Assembly: GCF_009914755.1 (NCBI RefSeq)
Contig: NC_060948.1
DNA: 64,000 nt
Source of the DNA: the human T2T-CHM13v2.0 reference genome, Homo sapiens
Reading direction: 5' to 3' (one strand)
Part shown: one piece after another, positions 1 to 14,284 of the stretch
Layout: each line of letters opens with the position of its first letter
Position numbering within the stretch: position 1 is the first letter of the stretch
Notes under the pieces: generated by a model
Database searches by the model: none
Seen by the model: the letters and a program-made list of their open reading frames with translations, nothing else
Told to the model about the DNA's origin: nothing
Position numbers and translations under genes: made by a program

Positions 1-3000
1 TGGAAAGGCTGGGTGTCGAAAGGAATTGACTCCAATGGTATGGAATCGAATGGAATGGAAGTGAATAGAATCGAACTAAATCGAATGGAATGGAATTGAT
101 AGGAACGGAATGGAAAGGAATGCAATGAATTGGCATGGAATGGAATTGAATGGCATCGAATGGAATGGAATGGAATGCAATGGAATGGAATGTATTAGAA
201 TGTAATGAACTTTAATGGAATGTACTCGAATGGATTCGACTGGAATGGAATGTTCTGGAAGTGAATGGACTCCAATGGAATGGATTCAAAAGGAATGGAA
301 TCGTACGGAATGGAATCTAATGGAATGGAATTAAATGGAAATGAATCAAATTGAATAGCACGGAATTGAATTGAATGGAATGGAATGCAATGGAATCTAA
401 TGAAACGGAAAGGAAAGGAATGGAATGGAATGGAATGGGCTGGAATGGAAAGGAATCGAAACGAATGGAATGGAATCGAACTGAAGAGACTGGAATGGAA
501 TGCACTGGAATGGAAGGGAGTGTAATGGAAGGTTCTCGAAAAAAATGGAATCGAATGGAATGGAATTGAATGGAACGGAATAGAGTCGAATGGAATTGAA
601 TGGAATGGAATGGACTAGAGTGAAATGGAATCGAACCACAAGGAATGGACAGGAATAGAATGGTCTCGAATTGAATGGAATCGTATGGAATGGCATCAAA
701 CGGAATGGAATGGACAGCCACGGAATGGAATGCACTCGAATGCAATGGAGTCGAAACTAATGGACTGGAATAGAATGGACTCGACTGGTACGGACTCCAA
801 TGGAATGGAATCGAATGGAAGGGAATCGAACGGAATGGACTCGAAGGGAAAAGACTGCAATGGAAAGGTCTCGAATGGAATGGAAATTAATGGAATGGAA
901 TGGAATCGAATGAAATGGAGTCAAAAGGAATGGAATCGAATGGCAAGAAATCGAATGTAATGGAATCGCAAGGAATTGATGTGAACGGAACGGAATGGAA
1001 TGGAATCCAAAGGAATGGAATAGAATGGAATGGAATCGAATGGAAAGGACTCGAATGGAAATCACTCGAATAGAATGCAATTTAATAAAATAGGATCAAA
1101 TGTAATGGAATGGAATGGAAAGGAATCGAAACGAAAGGAATGGAGACAGATGGAATGGAATGGAACAGAGAGCAATGGTATAGAATGGAATGGAATCATC
1201 TGGAATGGAATTGAATGGAATGGAATAATATGAAATGGAATGGAATGGAATGGAATGGAATGCCCTTGAATTAAATGGACTGGAATGGAATGGACTCGAA
1301 CAGAGTGGAATGGAAAGTGTTGAGATAGAATGGAATGGACTCGTTTGGAATGGTGTAGTATGCAATGCAATCGACTGGCAGGGAATCAAAAGGAATGTAA
1401 TGGAATGGATTGGACTGGAATGCAATGGACTCGAATAGATTGGAAACGGAATGCAAAGGAAAGGAATGGAATAGTATGGAATGGAATGGAAAGGAATGGA
1501 GTGGAATAGACTAGAGTGGAATGGAATGGACTGGAAAGCAATGGACTGGAATGGAACTTTCTTGAATGGACTGGAATCAAACGGAATGGAATGCAATGCA
1601 ATCAAATGGCATGGAATAAAATAGAATGAAAGAGAATCAAATGGAATTGAATCGAATGGAATCGAATGGATTGGAAAGGAATAGAATGGAATGGAATGGA
1701 ATTGACTCAAATGGAATGGACTAGAATGGAATGGATTCGAATGGAAGGCAAAGGAATGGAATCTATTGGAATGGACTGTAATGGAATGGAATGGAAGGGA
1801 TTGGAATGGACTCGAATGGAATGGACTGCAATAGAAAGGATTCGAATGGAATGAAAAAGAATTGAATGGAATAGAACAGAATGGAATCAAATCGAATGAA
1901 ATGGAATGGAATAGAAAGGAATGGAATGAAATGGAATGGAAAGGATTCGAATGGAATGCAATCGAATGGAATGGAATCGAACGGAATGGAATAAAATGGA
2001 AGAAAACTGGCAAGAAATGGAATAGAAATGAATGGAGTGTTATGGAACGGACTCAAAGGAATTGAATGTAATAGAATGGAGTGGAGTGGACTCGAATATA
2101 ATGGACTGGAATGGAATGAAATCACATGGAATGGGAACGAATGGAATGGAATGGAAAGGAATGGAATCGAATGGAAAGGAATCGAATGGAAGGGAATGAA
2201 ATTGAATCAACAGGAATGGAAGGGAATAGAATAGACGGTAATGGAATGGACTCGAATAGAATGGACACGAATGCTGAAATTGAATGGACTCGAATGGAAT
2301 GGAAACGAAAGGAATGTCATCGAATGGAATTGAATGGATTGGAATGAAATCGCATAGAATGGAGTGGAATCAAATGGAATTGAATCGAAAGGAAAGGAAG
2401 CGAATGGACTGAAATGAAACGGAATGGAATTGAATGGAAAGTAATGCAATGGAATAGAATGGAACGAAATTTCACGGAATGGAATCAAACTGAATGGAAT
2501 CAAATCAATGGAATCAAATCAAATGGAATGGAAAGGAATTGAATGGAGTAGATTGGATTGGATGGGATTGGAATGAAATGTACTGGAAAGGACTCGAATT
2601 TCATGAAACGGAATGGAATGAATTGGAACGGAATGGACTCGAATGGAATGGAATGTCATGGAATGGCATCAAATGGAATGGCATCAAATGGAATGGAATC
2701 GAATGCAATGGAATGCTATGGAATGGAATGGAATGCATTGGAATGGAATGTCCTGTAATGGAATGGATTCGAGTGGAATGGAATCGAATATAATGGAGTC
2801 GAATGAAATGGAATTGAAAGGAGTGGGATCGAATACAATGGAATATACTGGAATGTAATGTAATGAACTCGAATGTAGTTGACTGGAATGGAATGTACAT
2901 GAATGGAATGTAATCGAATGGAAAGTAATCCAATGGAATAGAATCTCATGCAATAAAACCGACTCAGATAGAGTAGAATGTAATGGAATGGAGTGCAGTG

Positions 3001-3095
3001 CAATGGAATGGAATGGAATGGAATGCAATGGAATGGAATGGAATGGAATGGAATGGAATGGAATGGAATGGAATGGGATGGAATGGGATGGAATG
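3001..3095 (+). repeat. Near-pure (GGAAT)n tract, length-variable between units (unit 1 copy shown)
   Basis: Longest run of near-perfect pentamers, between GAGTGCAGTG and GGATAGTAAT; length differs between units in multiples of 5. Confidence 0.85.
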
Positions 3096-3303
3096 GATAG
3101 TAATGGACTGGAGTGAAATGGACTGGAAAGGAATGGACTCAAATTGAAAGGGCTCGAAAGGAATGGAGTCAAATGGAATGGTCTGGAATGGAATGAACAC
3201 GAATGTAATGCAATCCAATAGAATGGAATCGAATGGCATGGAATATAAAGAAATGGAATCGAAGAGAATGGAAACAAATGGAATGGAATTGAATGGAATG
3301 GAA

Positions 3304-3457
3304 TTGAATGGAATGGGAACGAATGGAGTGAAATTGTATGCAGTAGAAGGGTATAGAATGGAATGCAAGCGAAAGGAAAGGAATGGATTGGAATGCAATG
3401 GAATTCATTGGAATGGAAGGGAATGTAGTGTAATGGACAGGCCTGGAATAAAGTGGA
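3304..3457 (+). other. 154-bp DYZ1 landmark segment with the conserved EcoRI (3401-3406) and StuI/HaeIII (3439-3444) sites; repeated in each unit
   Basis: TTGAATGGAATGGGAACGAATGG at 3304 and GGACAGGCCTGGAATAAAGTGGA at 3435-3457; as I recall these match a commonly used DYZ1 sexing primer pair (not verified here). Confidence 0.75.
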
Positions 3458-3568
3458 ATGCTACGGTCTCGAATGGAATAAAAATGTATGGAATGGAATG
3501 CAATGAAACGGAATCAAATGTCATAGAATGTAATGGAATGCAAAAAAATGGAATCCAAAATCATTGAC

Positions 3569-6500
3569 TGGAAAGGCTGGGTGTCGAAAGGAATTGACTC
3601 CAATGGAATGGAATCGAATGGAATGGAAGTGAATAGAATCGAACTAAATCGAATGGAATGGAATTGATAGGAACGGAATGGAAAGGAATGCAATCATTTG
3701 GCATGGAATGGAATCGAATGGCATCGAATGGAATGGAATGGAATGCAATGGAATGGAATGTATTAGAATGTAATGAACTTTAATGGAATGTACTCGAATG
3801 GATTCGACTGGAATGGAATGTTCTGGAAGTGAATGGACTCCAATGGAATGGATTCAAAAGGAATGGAATCGTACGGAATGGAATCTAATGGAATGTAATT
3901 AAATGGAAATGAATCAAATTGAATAGCACGGAATTGAATTGAATGGAATGGAATGCAATGGAATCTAATGAAACGGAAAGGAAAGGAATGGAATGGAATG
4001 GAATGGGCTGGAATGGAAAGGAATCGAAACGAATGGAATGGAATCGAACTGAAGAGACTGGAATGGAATGCACTGGAATGGAAGGGAGTGTAATGGAAGG
4101 TTCTCGAAAAAAATGGAATCGAATGGAATGGAATTGAATGGAACGGAATAGAGTCGAATGGAATTGAATGGAATGGAATGGACTAGAGTGAAATGGAATC
4201 GAACCACAAGGAATGGACAGGAATAGAATGGTCTCGAATTGAATGGAATCGTATGGAATGGCATCAAACGGAATGGAATGGACAGCCACGGAATGGAATG
4301 CACTCGAATGCAATGGAGTCGAAACTAATGGACTGGAATAGAATGGACTCGACTGGTACGGACTCCAATGGAATGGAATCGAATGGAAGGGAATCGAACG
4401 GAATGGACTCGAAGGGAAAAGACTGCAATGGAAAGGTCTCGAATGGAATGGAAATTAATGGAATGGAATGGAATCGAATGAAATGGAGTCAAAAGGAATG
4501 GAATCGAATGGCAAGAAATCGAATGTAATGGAATCGCAAGGAATTGATGTGAACGGAACGGAATGGAATGGAATCCAAAGGAATGGAATAGAATGGAATG
4601 GAATCGAATGGAAAGGACTCGAATGGAAATCACTCGAATAGAATGCAATTTAATAAAATAGGATCAAATGTAATGGAATGGAATGGAAAGGAATCGAAAC
4701 GAAAGGAATGGAGACAGATGGAATGGAATGGAACAGAGAGCAATGGTATAGAATGGAATGGAATCATCTGGAATGGAATTGAATGGAATGGAATAATATG
4801 AAATGGAATGGAATGGAATGGAATGGAATGCCCTTGAATTAAATGGACTGGAATGGAATGGACTCGAACAGAGTGGAATGGAAAGTGTTGAGATAGAATG
4901 GAATGGACTCCTTTGGAATGGTGTAGTATGCAATGCAATCGACTGGCAGGGAATCAAAAGGAATGTAATGGAATGGATTGGACTGGAATGCAATGGACTC
5001 GAATAGATTGGAAACGGAATGCAAAGGAATGGAATGGAATAGTATGGAATGGAATGGAAAGGAATGGAGTGGAATAGACTAGAGTGGAATGGAATGGACT
5101 GGAAAGCAATGGACTGGAATGGAACTTTCTTGAATGGACTGGAATCAAACGGAATGGAATGCAATGCAATCAAATGGCATGGAATAAAATAGAATGAAAG
5201 AGAATCAAATGGAATTGAATCGAATGGAATCGAATGGATTGGAAAGGAATAGAATGGAATGGAATGGAATTGACTCAAATGGAATGGACTAGAATGGAAT
5301 GGATTCGAATGGAAGGCAAAGGAATGGAATCTATTGGAATGGACTGTAATGGAATGGAATGGAAGGGATTGGAATGGACTCGAATGGAATGGACTGCAAT
5401 AGAAAGGATTCGAATGGAATGAAAAAGAATTGAATGGAATAGAACAGAATGGAATCAAATCGAATGAAATGGAATGGAATAGAAAGGAATGGAATGAAAT
5501 GGAATGGAAAGGATTCGAATGGAATGCAATCGAATGGAATGGAATCGAACGGAATGGAATAAAATGGAAGAAAACTGGCAAGAAATGGAATCGAAATGAA
5601 TGGAGTGTTATGGAACGGACTCAAAAGGAATTGAATGTAATAGAATGGAGTGGAGTGGACTCGAATATAATGGACTGGAATGGAATGAAATCACATGGAA
5701 TGGGAACGAATGGAATGGAATGGAAAGGAATGGAATCGAATGGAAAGGAATCGAATGGAGGGAATGAAATTGAATCAACAGGAATGGAAGGGAATAGAAT
5801 AGACGGTAATGGAATGGACTCGAATAGAATGGACACGAATGCTCAAATTGAATGGACTCGAATGGAATGGAAACGAAAGGAATGTCATCGAATGGAATTG
5901 AATCGATTGGAATGAAATCGCATAGAATGGAGTGGAATCAAATGGAATTGAATCGAAAGGAAAGGAAGCGAATGGACTGAAATGAAATGGAATGGAATTG
6001 AATGGAAAGTAATGCAATGGAATAGAATGGAACGAAATTTCACGGAATGGAATCAAACTGAATGGAATCAAATCAATGGAATCAAATCAAATGGAATGGA
6101 AAGGAATTGAATGGAGTAGATTGGATTCGAAGGGATTGGAATGAAATGTACTGGAAACGACTCGAATTTCATGAAACGGAATGGAATGAATTGGAACGGA
6201 ATGGACTCGAATGGAATGGAATGTCATGGAATGGCATCAAATGGAATGGCATCAAATGGAATGGAATCGAATGCAATGGAATGCTATGGAATGGAATGGA
6301 ATGCATTGGAATGGAATGTCCTCTAATGGAATGGATTCGAGTGGAATGGAATCGAATATAATGGAGTCGAATGAAATGGAATTGAAAGGAGTGGGATCGA
6401 ATACAATGGAATATACTGGAATGTAATGTAATGAACTCGAATGTAATTGACTGGAATGGAATGTACATGAATGGAATGTAATCGAATGGAAAGTAATCCA

Positions 6501-7131
6501 ATGGAATAGAATCTAATGCAATAAAACCGACTCAGATAGAGTAGAATGTAATGGAATGGAGTGCAGTGCAATGGAATGGAATGGAATGGAATGCAATGGA
6601 ATGGAATGGAATGGAATGGAATGGAATGGAATGGAATGGGATGGAATGGGATGGAATGGATAGTAATGGACTGGAGTGAAATGGACTGGAAAGGAATGGA
6701 CTCAAATTGAAAGGGCTCGAAAGGAATGGAGTCAAATGGAATGGTCTGGAATGGAATGAACACGAATGTAATGCAATCCAATAGAATGGAATCGAATGGC
6801 ATGGAATATAAAGAAATGGAATCGAAGAGAATGGAAACAAATGGAATGGAATTGAATGGAATGGAATTGAATGGAATGGGAACGAATGGAGTGAAATTGT
6901 ATGCAGTAGAAGGGAATAGAATGGAATGCAAGCGAAAGGAAAGGAATGGATTGGAATGGAATGGAATTCATTGGAATGGAAGGGAATGTAGTGTAATGGA
7001 CAGGCCTGGAATAAAGTGGAATGCTACGGTCTCGAATGGAATAAAAATGTATGGAATGGAATGCAATGAAACGGAATCGAATGTCATAGAATGTAATGGA
7101 ATGCAAAAAAATGGAATCCAAAATCATTGAC
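3569..7131 (+). repeat. DYZ1 unit 2 (3563 bp)
   Basis: Landmark spacing; 1-bp deletion near 5759 (TGGAGGGAA vs TGGAAGGGAA). Confidence 0.93.
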
Positions 7132-10100
7132 TGGAAAGGCTGGGTGTCGAAAGGAATTGACTCCAATGGAATGGAATCGAATGGAATGGAAGTGAATAGA
7201 ATCGAACTAAATCGAATGGAATGGAATTGATAGGAACGGAATGGAAAGGAATGCAATGATTTGGCATGGAATGGAATCGAATGGCATCGAATGGAATGGA
7301 ATGGAATGCAATGGAATGGAATGTATTAGAATGTAATGAACTTTAATGGAATGTACTCGAATGGATTCGACTGGAATGGAATGTTCTGGAAGTGAATGGA
7401 CTCCAATGGAATGGATTCCAAAGGAATGGAATCGTACGGAATGGAATCTAATGGAATGGAATTAAATGGAAATGAATCAAATTGAATAGCACGGAATTGA
7501 ATTGAATGGAATGGAATGCAATGGAATCTAATGAAACGGAAAGGAAAGGAATGGAATGGAATGGAATGGGCTGGAATGGAAAGGAATCGAAACGAATGGA
7601 ATGGAATCGAACTGAAGAGACTGGAATGGAATGCACTGGAATGGAAGGGAGTGTAATGGAAGGTTCTCGAAAAAAATGGAATCGAATGGAATGGAATTGA
7701 ATGGAACGGAATAGAGTCGAATGGAATTGAATGGAATGGAATGGACTAGAGTGAAATGGAATCGAACCACAAGGAATGGAGAGGAATAGAATGGTCTCGA
7801 ATTGAATGGAATCGTATGGAATGGCATCAAACGGAATGGAATGGACAGCCACGGAATGGAATGCACTCGAATGCAATGGAGTCGAAACTAATGGACTGGA
7901 ATAGAATGGACTCGACTGGTACGGACTCCAATGGAATGGAATCGAATGGAAGGGAATCGAACGGAATGGACTCGAAGGGAAAAGACTGCAATGGAAAGGT
8001 CTCGAATGGAATGGAAATTAATGGAATGGAATGGAAACGAATGAAATGGAGTCAAAAGGAATGCAATCGAATGGCAAGAAATCGAATGTAATGGAATCGC
8101 AAGGAATTGATGTGAACGGAACGGAATGGAATGGAATCCAAAGGAATGGAATAGAATGGAATGGAATCGAATGGAAAGGACTCGAATGGAAATCACTCGA
8201 ATAGAATGCAATTTAATAAAATAGGATCAAATGTAATGGAATGGAATGGAAAGGAATCGAAACGAAAGGAATGGAGACAGATGGAATGGAATGGAACAGA
8301 GAGCAATGGTATAGAATGGAATGGAATCATCTGGAATGGAATTGAATGGAATGGAATAATATGAAATGGAATGGAATGGAATGGAATGGAATGCCCTTGA
8401 ATTAAATGGACTGGAATGGAATGGACTCGAACAGAGTGGAATGGAAAGTGTTGAGATAGAATGGAATGGACTCCTTTGGAATGGTGTAGTATGCAATGCA
8501 ATCGACTGGCAGGGAATCAAAAGGAATGTAATGGAATGGACTGGACTGGAATGCAATGGACTCGAATAGATTGGAAACGGAATGCAAAGGAATGGAATGG
8601 AATAGTATGGAATGGAATGGAAAGGAATGGAGTGGAATAGAATAGAGTGGAATGGAATGGAGTGGAAAGCAATGGACTGGAATGGAACTTTCTTGAATGG
8701 ACTGGAATCAAACGGAATGGAATGCAATGCAATCAAATGGCATGGAATAAAATAGAATGAAAGAGAATCAAATGGAATTGAATCGAATGGAATCGAATGG
8801 ATTGGAAAGGAATAGAATGGAATGGAATGGAATGGACTCAAATGGAATGGACTAGAATGGAATGGATTCGAATGGAAGGCAAAGGAATGGAATCTATTGG
8901 AATGGACTGTAATGGAATGGAATGGAAGGGATTGGAATGGACTCGAATGGAATGGACTGCAATAGAAAGGATTCGAATGGAATGAAAAAGAATTGAATGG
9001 AATAGAACAGAATGGAATCAAATCGAATGAAATGGAATGGAATAGAAAGGAATGGAATGAAATGGAATGGAAAGGATTCGAATGGAATGCAATCGAATGG
9101 AATGGAATCGAACGGAATGGAATAAAATGGAAGAAAACTGGCAAGAAATGGAATCGAAATGAATGGAGTGTTATGGAACGGACTCAAAAGGAATTGAATG
9201 TAATAGAATGGATTGGAGTGGACTCGAATATAATGGACTGGAATGGAATGAAATCACATGGAATGGGAACGAATGGAATGGAAAGGAATGGAATCGAATG
9301 GAAAGGAATCGAATGGAAGGGAATGAAATTGAATCAACAGGAATGGAAGGGAATAGAATAGACGGTAATGGAATGGACTCGAATAGAATGGACACGAATG
9401 CTCAAATTGAATGGACTCGAATGGAATGGAAACGAAAGGAATGTCATCGAATGGAATTGAATCGATTGGAATGAAATCGCATAGAATGGAGTGGAATCAA
9501 ATGGAATTGAATCGAAAGGAAAGGAAGCGAATGGACTGAAATGAAATGGAATGGAATTGAATGGAAAGTAATGCAATGGAATAGAATGGAACGAAATTTC
9601 ACGGAATGGAATCAAACTGAATGGAATCAAATCAATGGAATCAAATCAAATGGAATGGAAAGGAATTGAATGGAGTAGATTGGATTGGATGGGATTGGAA
9701 TGAAATGTACTGGAAAGGACTCGAATTTCATGAAACGGAATGGAATGAATTGGAACGGAATGGACTCGAATGGAATGGAATGTCATGGAATGGCATCAAA
9801 TGGAATGGCATCAAATGGAATGGAATCGAATGCAATGGAATGCTATGGAATGGAATGGAATGCATTGGAATGGAATGTCCTCTAATGGAATGGATTCGAG
9901 TGGAATGGAATCGAATATAATGGAGTCGAATGAAATGGAATTGAAAGGAATGGGATCGAATAGAATGGAATATACTGGAATGTAATGTAATGAACTCGAA
10001 TGTAATTGAATGGAATGGAATGTACATGAATGGAATGTAATCGAATGGAAAGTAATCCAATGGAATAGAATCTAATGCAATAAAACCGACTCAGATAGAG

Positions 10101-10705
10101 TAGAATGTAATGGAATGGAGTGCAGTACAATGGAAGGGAATGGAATTGAATGCAATAGAATGGAATGGAATGGAATGGAATGGAATGGAATGGAATGGAA
10201 TGGAATGGAATGGGATGGAATGGTATGGAATGGATAGTAATGGACTGGAGTGAAATGGACTGGAAAGGATTGGACTGAAATTGAAAGGGCTCGAAAGGAA
10301 TGGAGTCAAATGGAATGGTCTGGAATGGAATGAACACGAATGTAAAGCAATCCAATAGAATGGAATCGAATGGCATGGAATATAAAGAAATGGAATCGAA
10401 GAGAATGGAAACAAATGGAATGGAATTGAATGGAATGGAATTGAATGGAATGGGAACGAATGGAGTGAAATTGTATGCAGTAGAAGGGAATAGAATGGAA
10501 TGCAAGCGAAAGGAAAGGAATGGATTGGAATGGAATGGAATTCATTTGAATGGAAGGGAATGTAGTGTAATGGACAGGCCTGGAATAAAGTGGAATGCTA
10601 CGGTCTCGAATGGAATAAAAATATATGGAATGGAATGCAATGAAACGGAATCGAATGTCATAGAATGTAATGGAATGCAAAAAAATGGAATCCAAAATCA
10701 TTGAC
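7132..10705 (+). repeat. DYZ1 unit 3 (3574 bp)
   Basis: Landmark spacing; one pentamer missing near 9275. Confidence 0.93.
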
Positions 10706-13700
10706 TGGAAAGGCTGGGTGTCGAAAGGAATTGACTCCAATGGAATGGAATCGAATGGAATGGAAGTGAATAGAATCGAACTAAATCGAATGGAATGGAA
10801 TTGATAGGAACGGAATGGAAAGGAATGCAATGATTTGGCATGGAATGGAATCGAATGGCATCGAATGGAATGGAATGGAATGCAATGGAATGGAATGTAT
10901 TAGAATGTAATGAACTTTAATGGAATGTACTCGAATGGATTCGACTGGAATGGAATGTTCTGGAAGTGAATGGACTCCAATGGAATGGATTCAAAAGGAA
11001 TGGAATCGTACGGAATGGAATCTAATGGAATGGAATTAAATGGAAATGAATCAAATTGAATAGCACGGAATTGAATTGAATGGAATGGAATGCAATGGAA
11101 TCTAATGAAACGGAAAGGAAAGGAATGGAATGGAATGGAATGGACTGGAATGGAAAGGAATCGAAACGAATGGAATGGAATCGAACTGAAGAGACTGGAA
11201 TGGAATGCACTGGAATGGAAGGGAGTGTAATGGAAGGTTCTCGAAAAAAATGGAATGGAATGGAATGGAATTGAATGGAACGGAATAGAGTCGAATGGAA
11301 TTGAATGGAATGGAATGGACTAGAGTGAAATGGAATCGAACCACAAGGAATGGACAGGAATAGAATGGTCTCGAATTGAATGGAATCGTATGGAATGGCA
11401 TCAAACGGAATGGAATGGACAGCCACGGAATGGAATGCACTCGAATGCAATGGAGTCGAAACTAATGGACTGGAATAGAATGGACTCGACTGGTACGGAC
11501 TCCAATGGAATGGAATCGAATGGAAGGGAATCGAACGGAATGGACTCGAAGGGAAAAGACTGCAATGGAAAGGTCTCGAATGGAATGGAAATTAATGGAA
11601 TGGAATGGAATCGAATGAAATGGAGTCAAAAGGAATGGAATCGAATGGCAAGAAATCGAATGTAATGGAATCGCAAGGAATTGATGTGAACGGAACGGAA
11701 TGGAATGGAATCCAAAGGAATGGAATAGAATGGAATGGAATCGAATGGAAAGGACTCGAATGGAAATCACTCGAATAGAATGCAATTTAATAAAATAGGA
11801 TCAAATGTAATTGAATGGAATGGAAAGGAATCGAAACGAAAGGAATGGAGACAGATGGAATGGAATGGAACAGAGAGCAATGGTATAGAATGGAATGGAA
11901 TCATCTGGAAAGGAATTGAATGGAATGGAATAATATGAAATGGAATGGAATGGAATGGAATGGAATGCCCTTGAATTAAATGGACTGGAATGGAATGGAC
12001 TCGAACAGAGTGGAATGGAAAGTGTTGAGATAGAATGGAATGGACTCCTTTAGAATGGTGTAGTATGCAATGCAATCGACTGGCAGGGAATCAAAAGGAA
12101 TGTAATCGAATGGATTGGACTGGAATGCAATGGACTCGAATAGATTGGAAACGGAATGCAAAGGAATGGAATGGAATAGTATGGAATGGAATGGAAAGGA
12201 ATGGAGTGGAATAGACTAGAGTGGAATGGAATGGACTGGAAAGCAATGGACTGGAATGGAACTTTCTTGAATGGACTGGAATCAAACGGAATGGAATGCA
12301 ATGCAATCAAATGGCATGGAATAAAATAGAATGAAAGAGAATCAAATGGAATTGAATCGAATGCAATCGAATGGATTGGAAAGGAATAGAATGGAATGGA
12401 ATGGAATTGACTCAAATGGAATGGACTAGAATGGAATGGATTCGAATGGAAGGCAAAGGAATGGAATCTATTGGAATGGACTGTAATGGAATGGAATGGA
12501 AGGGATTGCAATGGACTCGAATGCAATGGACTGCAATAGAAAGGATTCGAATGGAATGAAAAAGAATTGAATGGAATAGAACAGAATGGAATCAAATCGA
12601 ATGAAATGGAATGGAATAGAAAGGAATGGAATGAAATGGAATGGAAAGGATTCGAATGGAATGCAATCGAATGGAATGGAGTCGTACGGAATGGAATAAA
12701 ATGGAAGAAAACTGGCAAGAAATGGAATCGAAATGAATGGAGTGTTATGGAACGGACTCAAAAGGAATTGAATGTAATAGAATGGAGTGGAGTGGACTCG
12801 AATATAATGGACTGGAATGGAATGAAATCACATGGAATGGGAACGAATGGAATGGAATGGAAAGGAATGGAATCGAATGGAAAGGAATCGAATGGAAGGG
12901 AATGAAATTGAATCAACAGGAATGGAAGGGAATAGAATAGACGGTAATGGAATGGACTCGAATAGAATGGACACGAATGCTCAAATTGAATGGACTCGAA
13001 TGGAATGGAAACGAAAGGAATGTCATCGAATGGAATTGAATCGATTGGAATGAAATCGAATAGAATGGAGTGGAATCAAATGGAATTGAATCGAAAGGAA
13101 AGGAAGCGAATGGACTGAAATGAAATGGAATGGAATTGAATGGAAAGTAATGCAATGGAATAGAATGGAACGAAATTTCACGGAATGGAATCAAACTGAA
13201 TGGAATCAAATCAATGGAATCAAATCAAATGGAATGGAAAGGAATTGAATGGAGTAGATTGGATTGGATGGGATTGGAATGAAATGTACTGGAAAGGACT
13301 CGAATTTCATGAAACGGAATGGAATGAATTGGAACGGAATGGACTCGAATGGAATGGAATGTCATGGAATGGCATCAAATGGAATGGCATCAAATGGAAT
13401 GGAATCGAATGCAATGGAATGCTATGGAATGGAATGGAATGCATTGGAATGGAATGTCCTCTAATGGAATGGATTCGAGTGGAATGGAATCGAATATAAT
13501 GGAGTCGAATGAAATGGAATTGAAAGGAATGGGATCGAATAGAATGGAATATACTGGAATGTAATGTAATGAACTCGAATGTAATTGACTGGAATGGAAT
13601 GTACATGAATGGAATGTAATCGAATGGAAAGTAATCCAATGGAATAGAATCTAATGCAATAAAACCGACTCAGATAGAGTAGAATGTAATGGAATGGAGT

Positions 13701-14284
13701 GCAGTACAATGGAAGGGAATGGAATTGAATGCAATAGAATGGAATGGAATGGAATGGAATGGAATGGAATGGAGTGGAATGGAATGGAATGGGATGGAAT
13801 GGTATGGAATGGATAGTAATGGACTGGAGTGAAATGGACTGGAAAGGATTGGACTGAAATTGAAAGGGCTCGAAAGGAATGGAGTCAAATGGAATGGTCT
13901 GGAATGGAATGAACACGAATGTAAAGCAATCCAATAGAATGGAATCGAATGGCATGGAATATAAAGAAATGGAATCGAAGAGAATGGAAACAAATGGAAT
14001 GGAATTGAATGGAATGGAATTGAATGGAATGGGAACGAATGGAGTGAAATTGTATGCAGTAGAAGGGAATAGAATGGAATGCAAGCGAAAGGAAAGGAAT
14101 GGATTGGAATGGAATGGAATTCATTGGAATGGAAGGGAATGTAGTGTAATGGACAGGCCTGGAATAAAGTGGAATGCTACGGTCTCGAATGGAATAAAAA
14201 TATATGGAATGGAATGCAATGAAACGTAATCGAATGTCATAGAATGTAATGGAATGCAAAAAAATGGAATCCAAAATCATTGAC
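10706..14284 (+). repeat. DYZ1 unit 4 (3579 bp)
   Basis: Landmark spacing; homologous ORF offsets 11022 to 14601. Confidence 0.93.

Larger units (their letters stand above)
1..3568 (+). repeat. DYZ1 unit 1 (3568 bp; unit phase set arbitrarily at the window-start landmark)
   Basis: Landmark at 1 and 3569; 1-bp deletion near 2055 (ACTCAAAGG vs ACTCAAAAGG). Confidence 0.93.

Noticed and set aside
1079-1095. AATAAA/TATA-like elements (e.g. TTTAATAAAATAGG), repeated per unit
   Set aside because: Expected from degenerate A-rich pentamers; no supporting gene context or transcript evidence.
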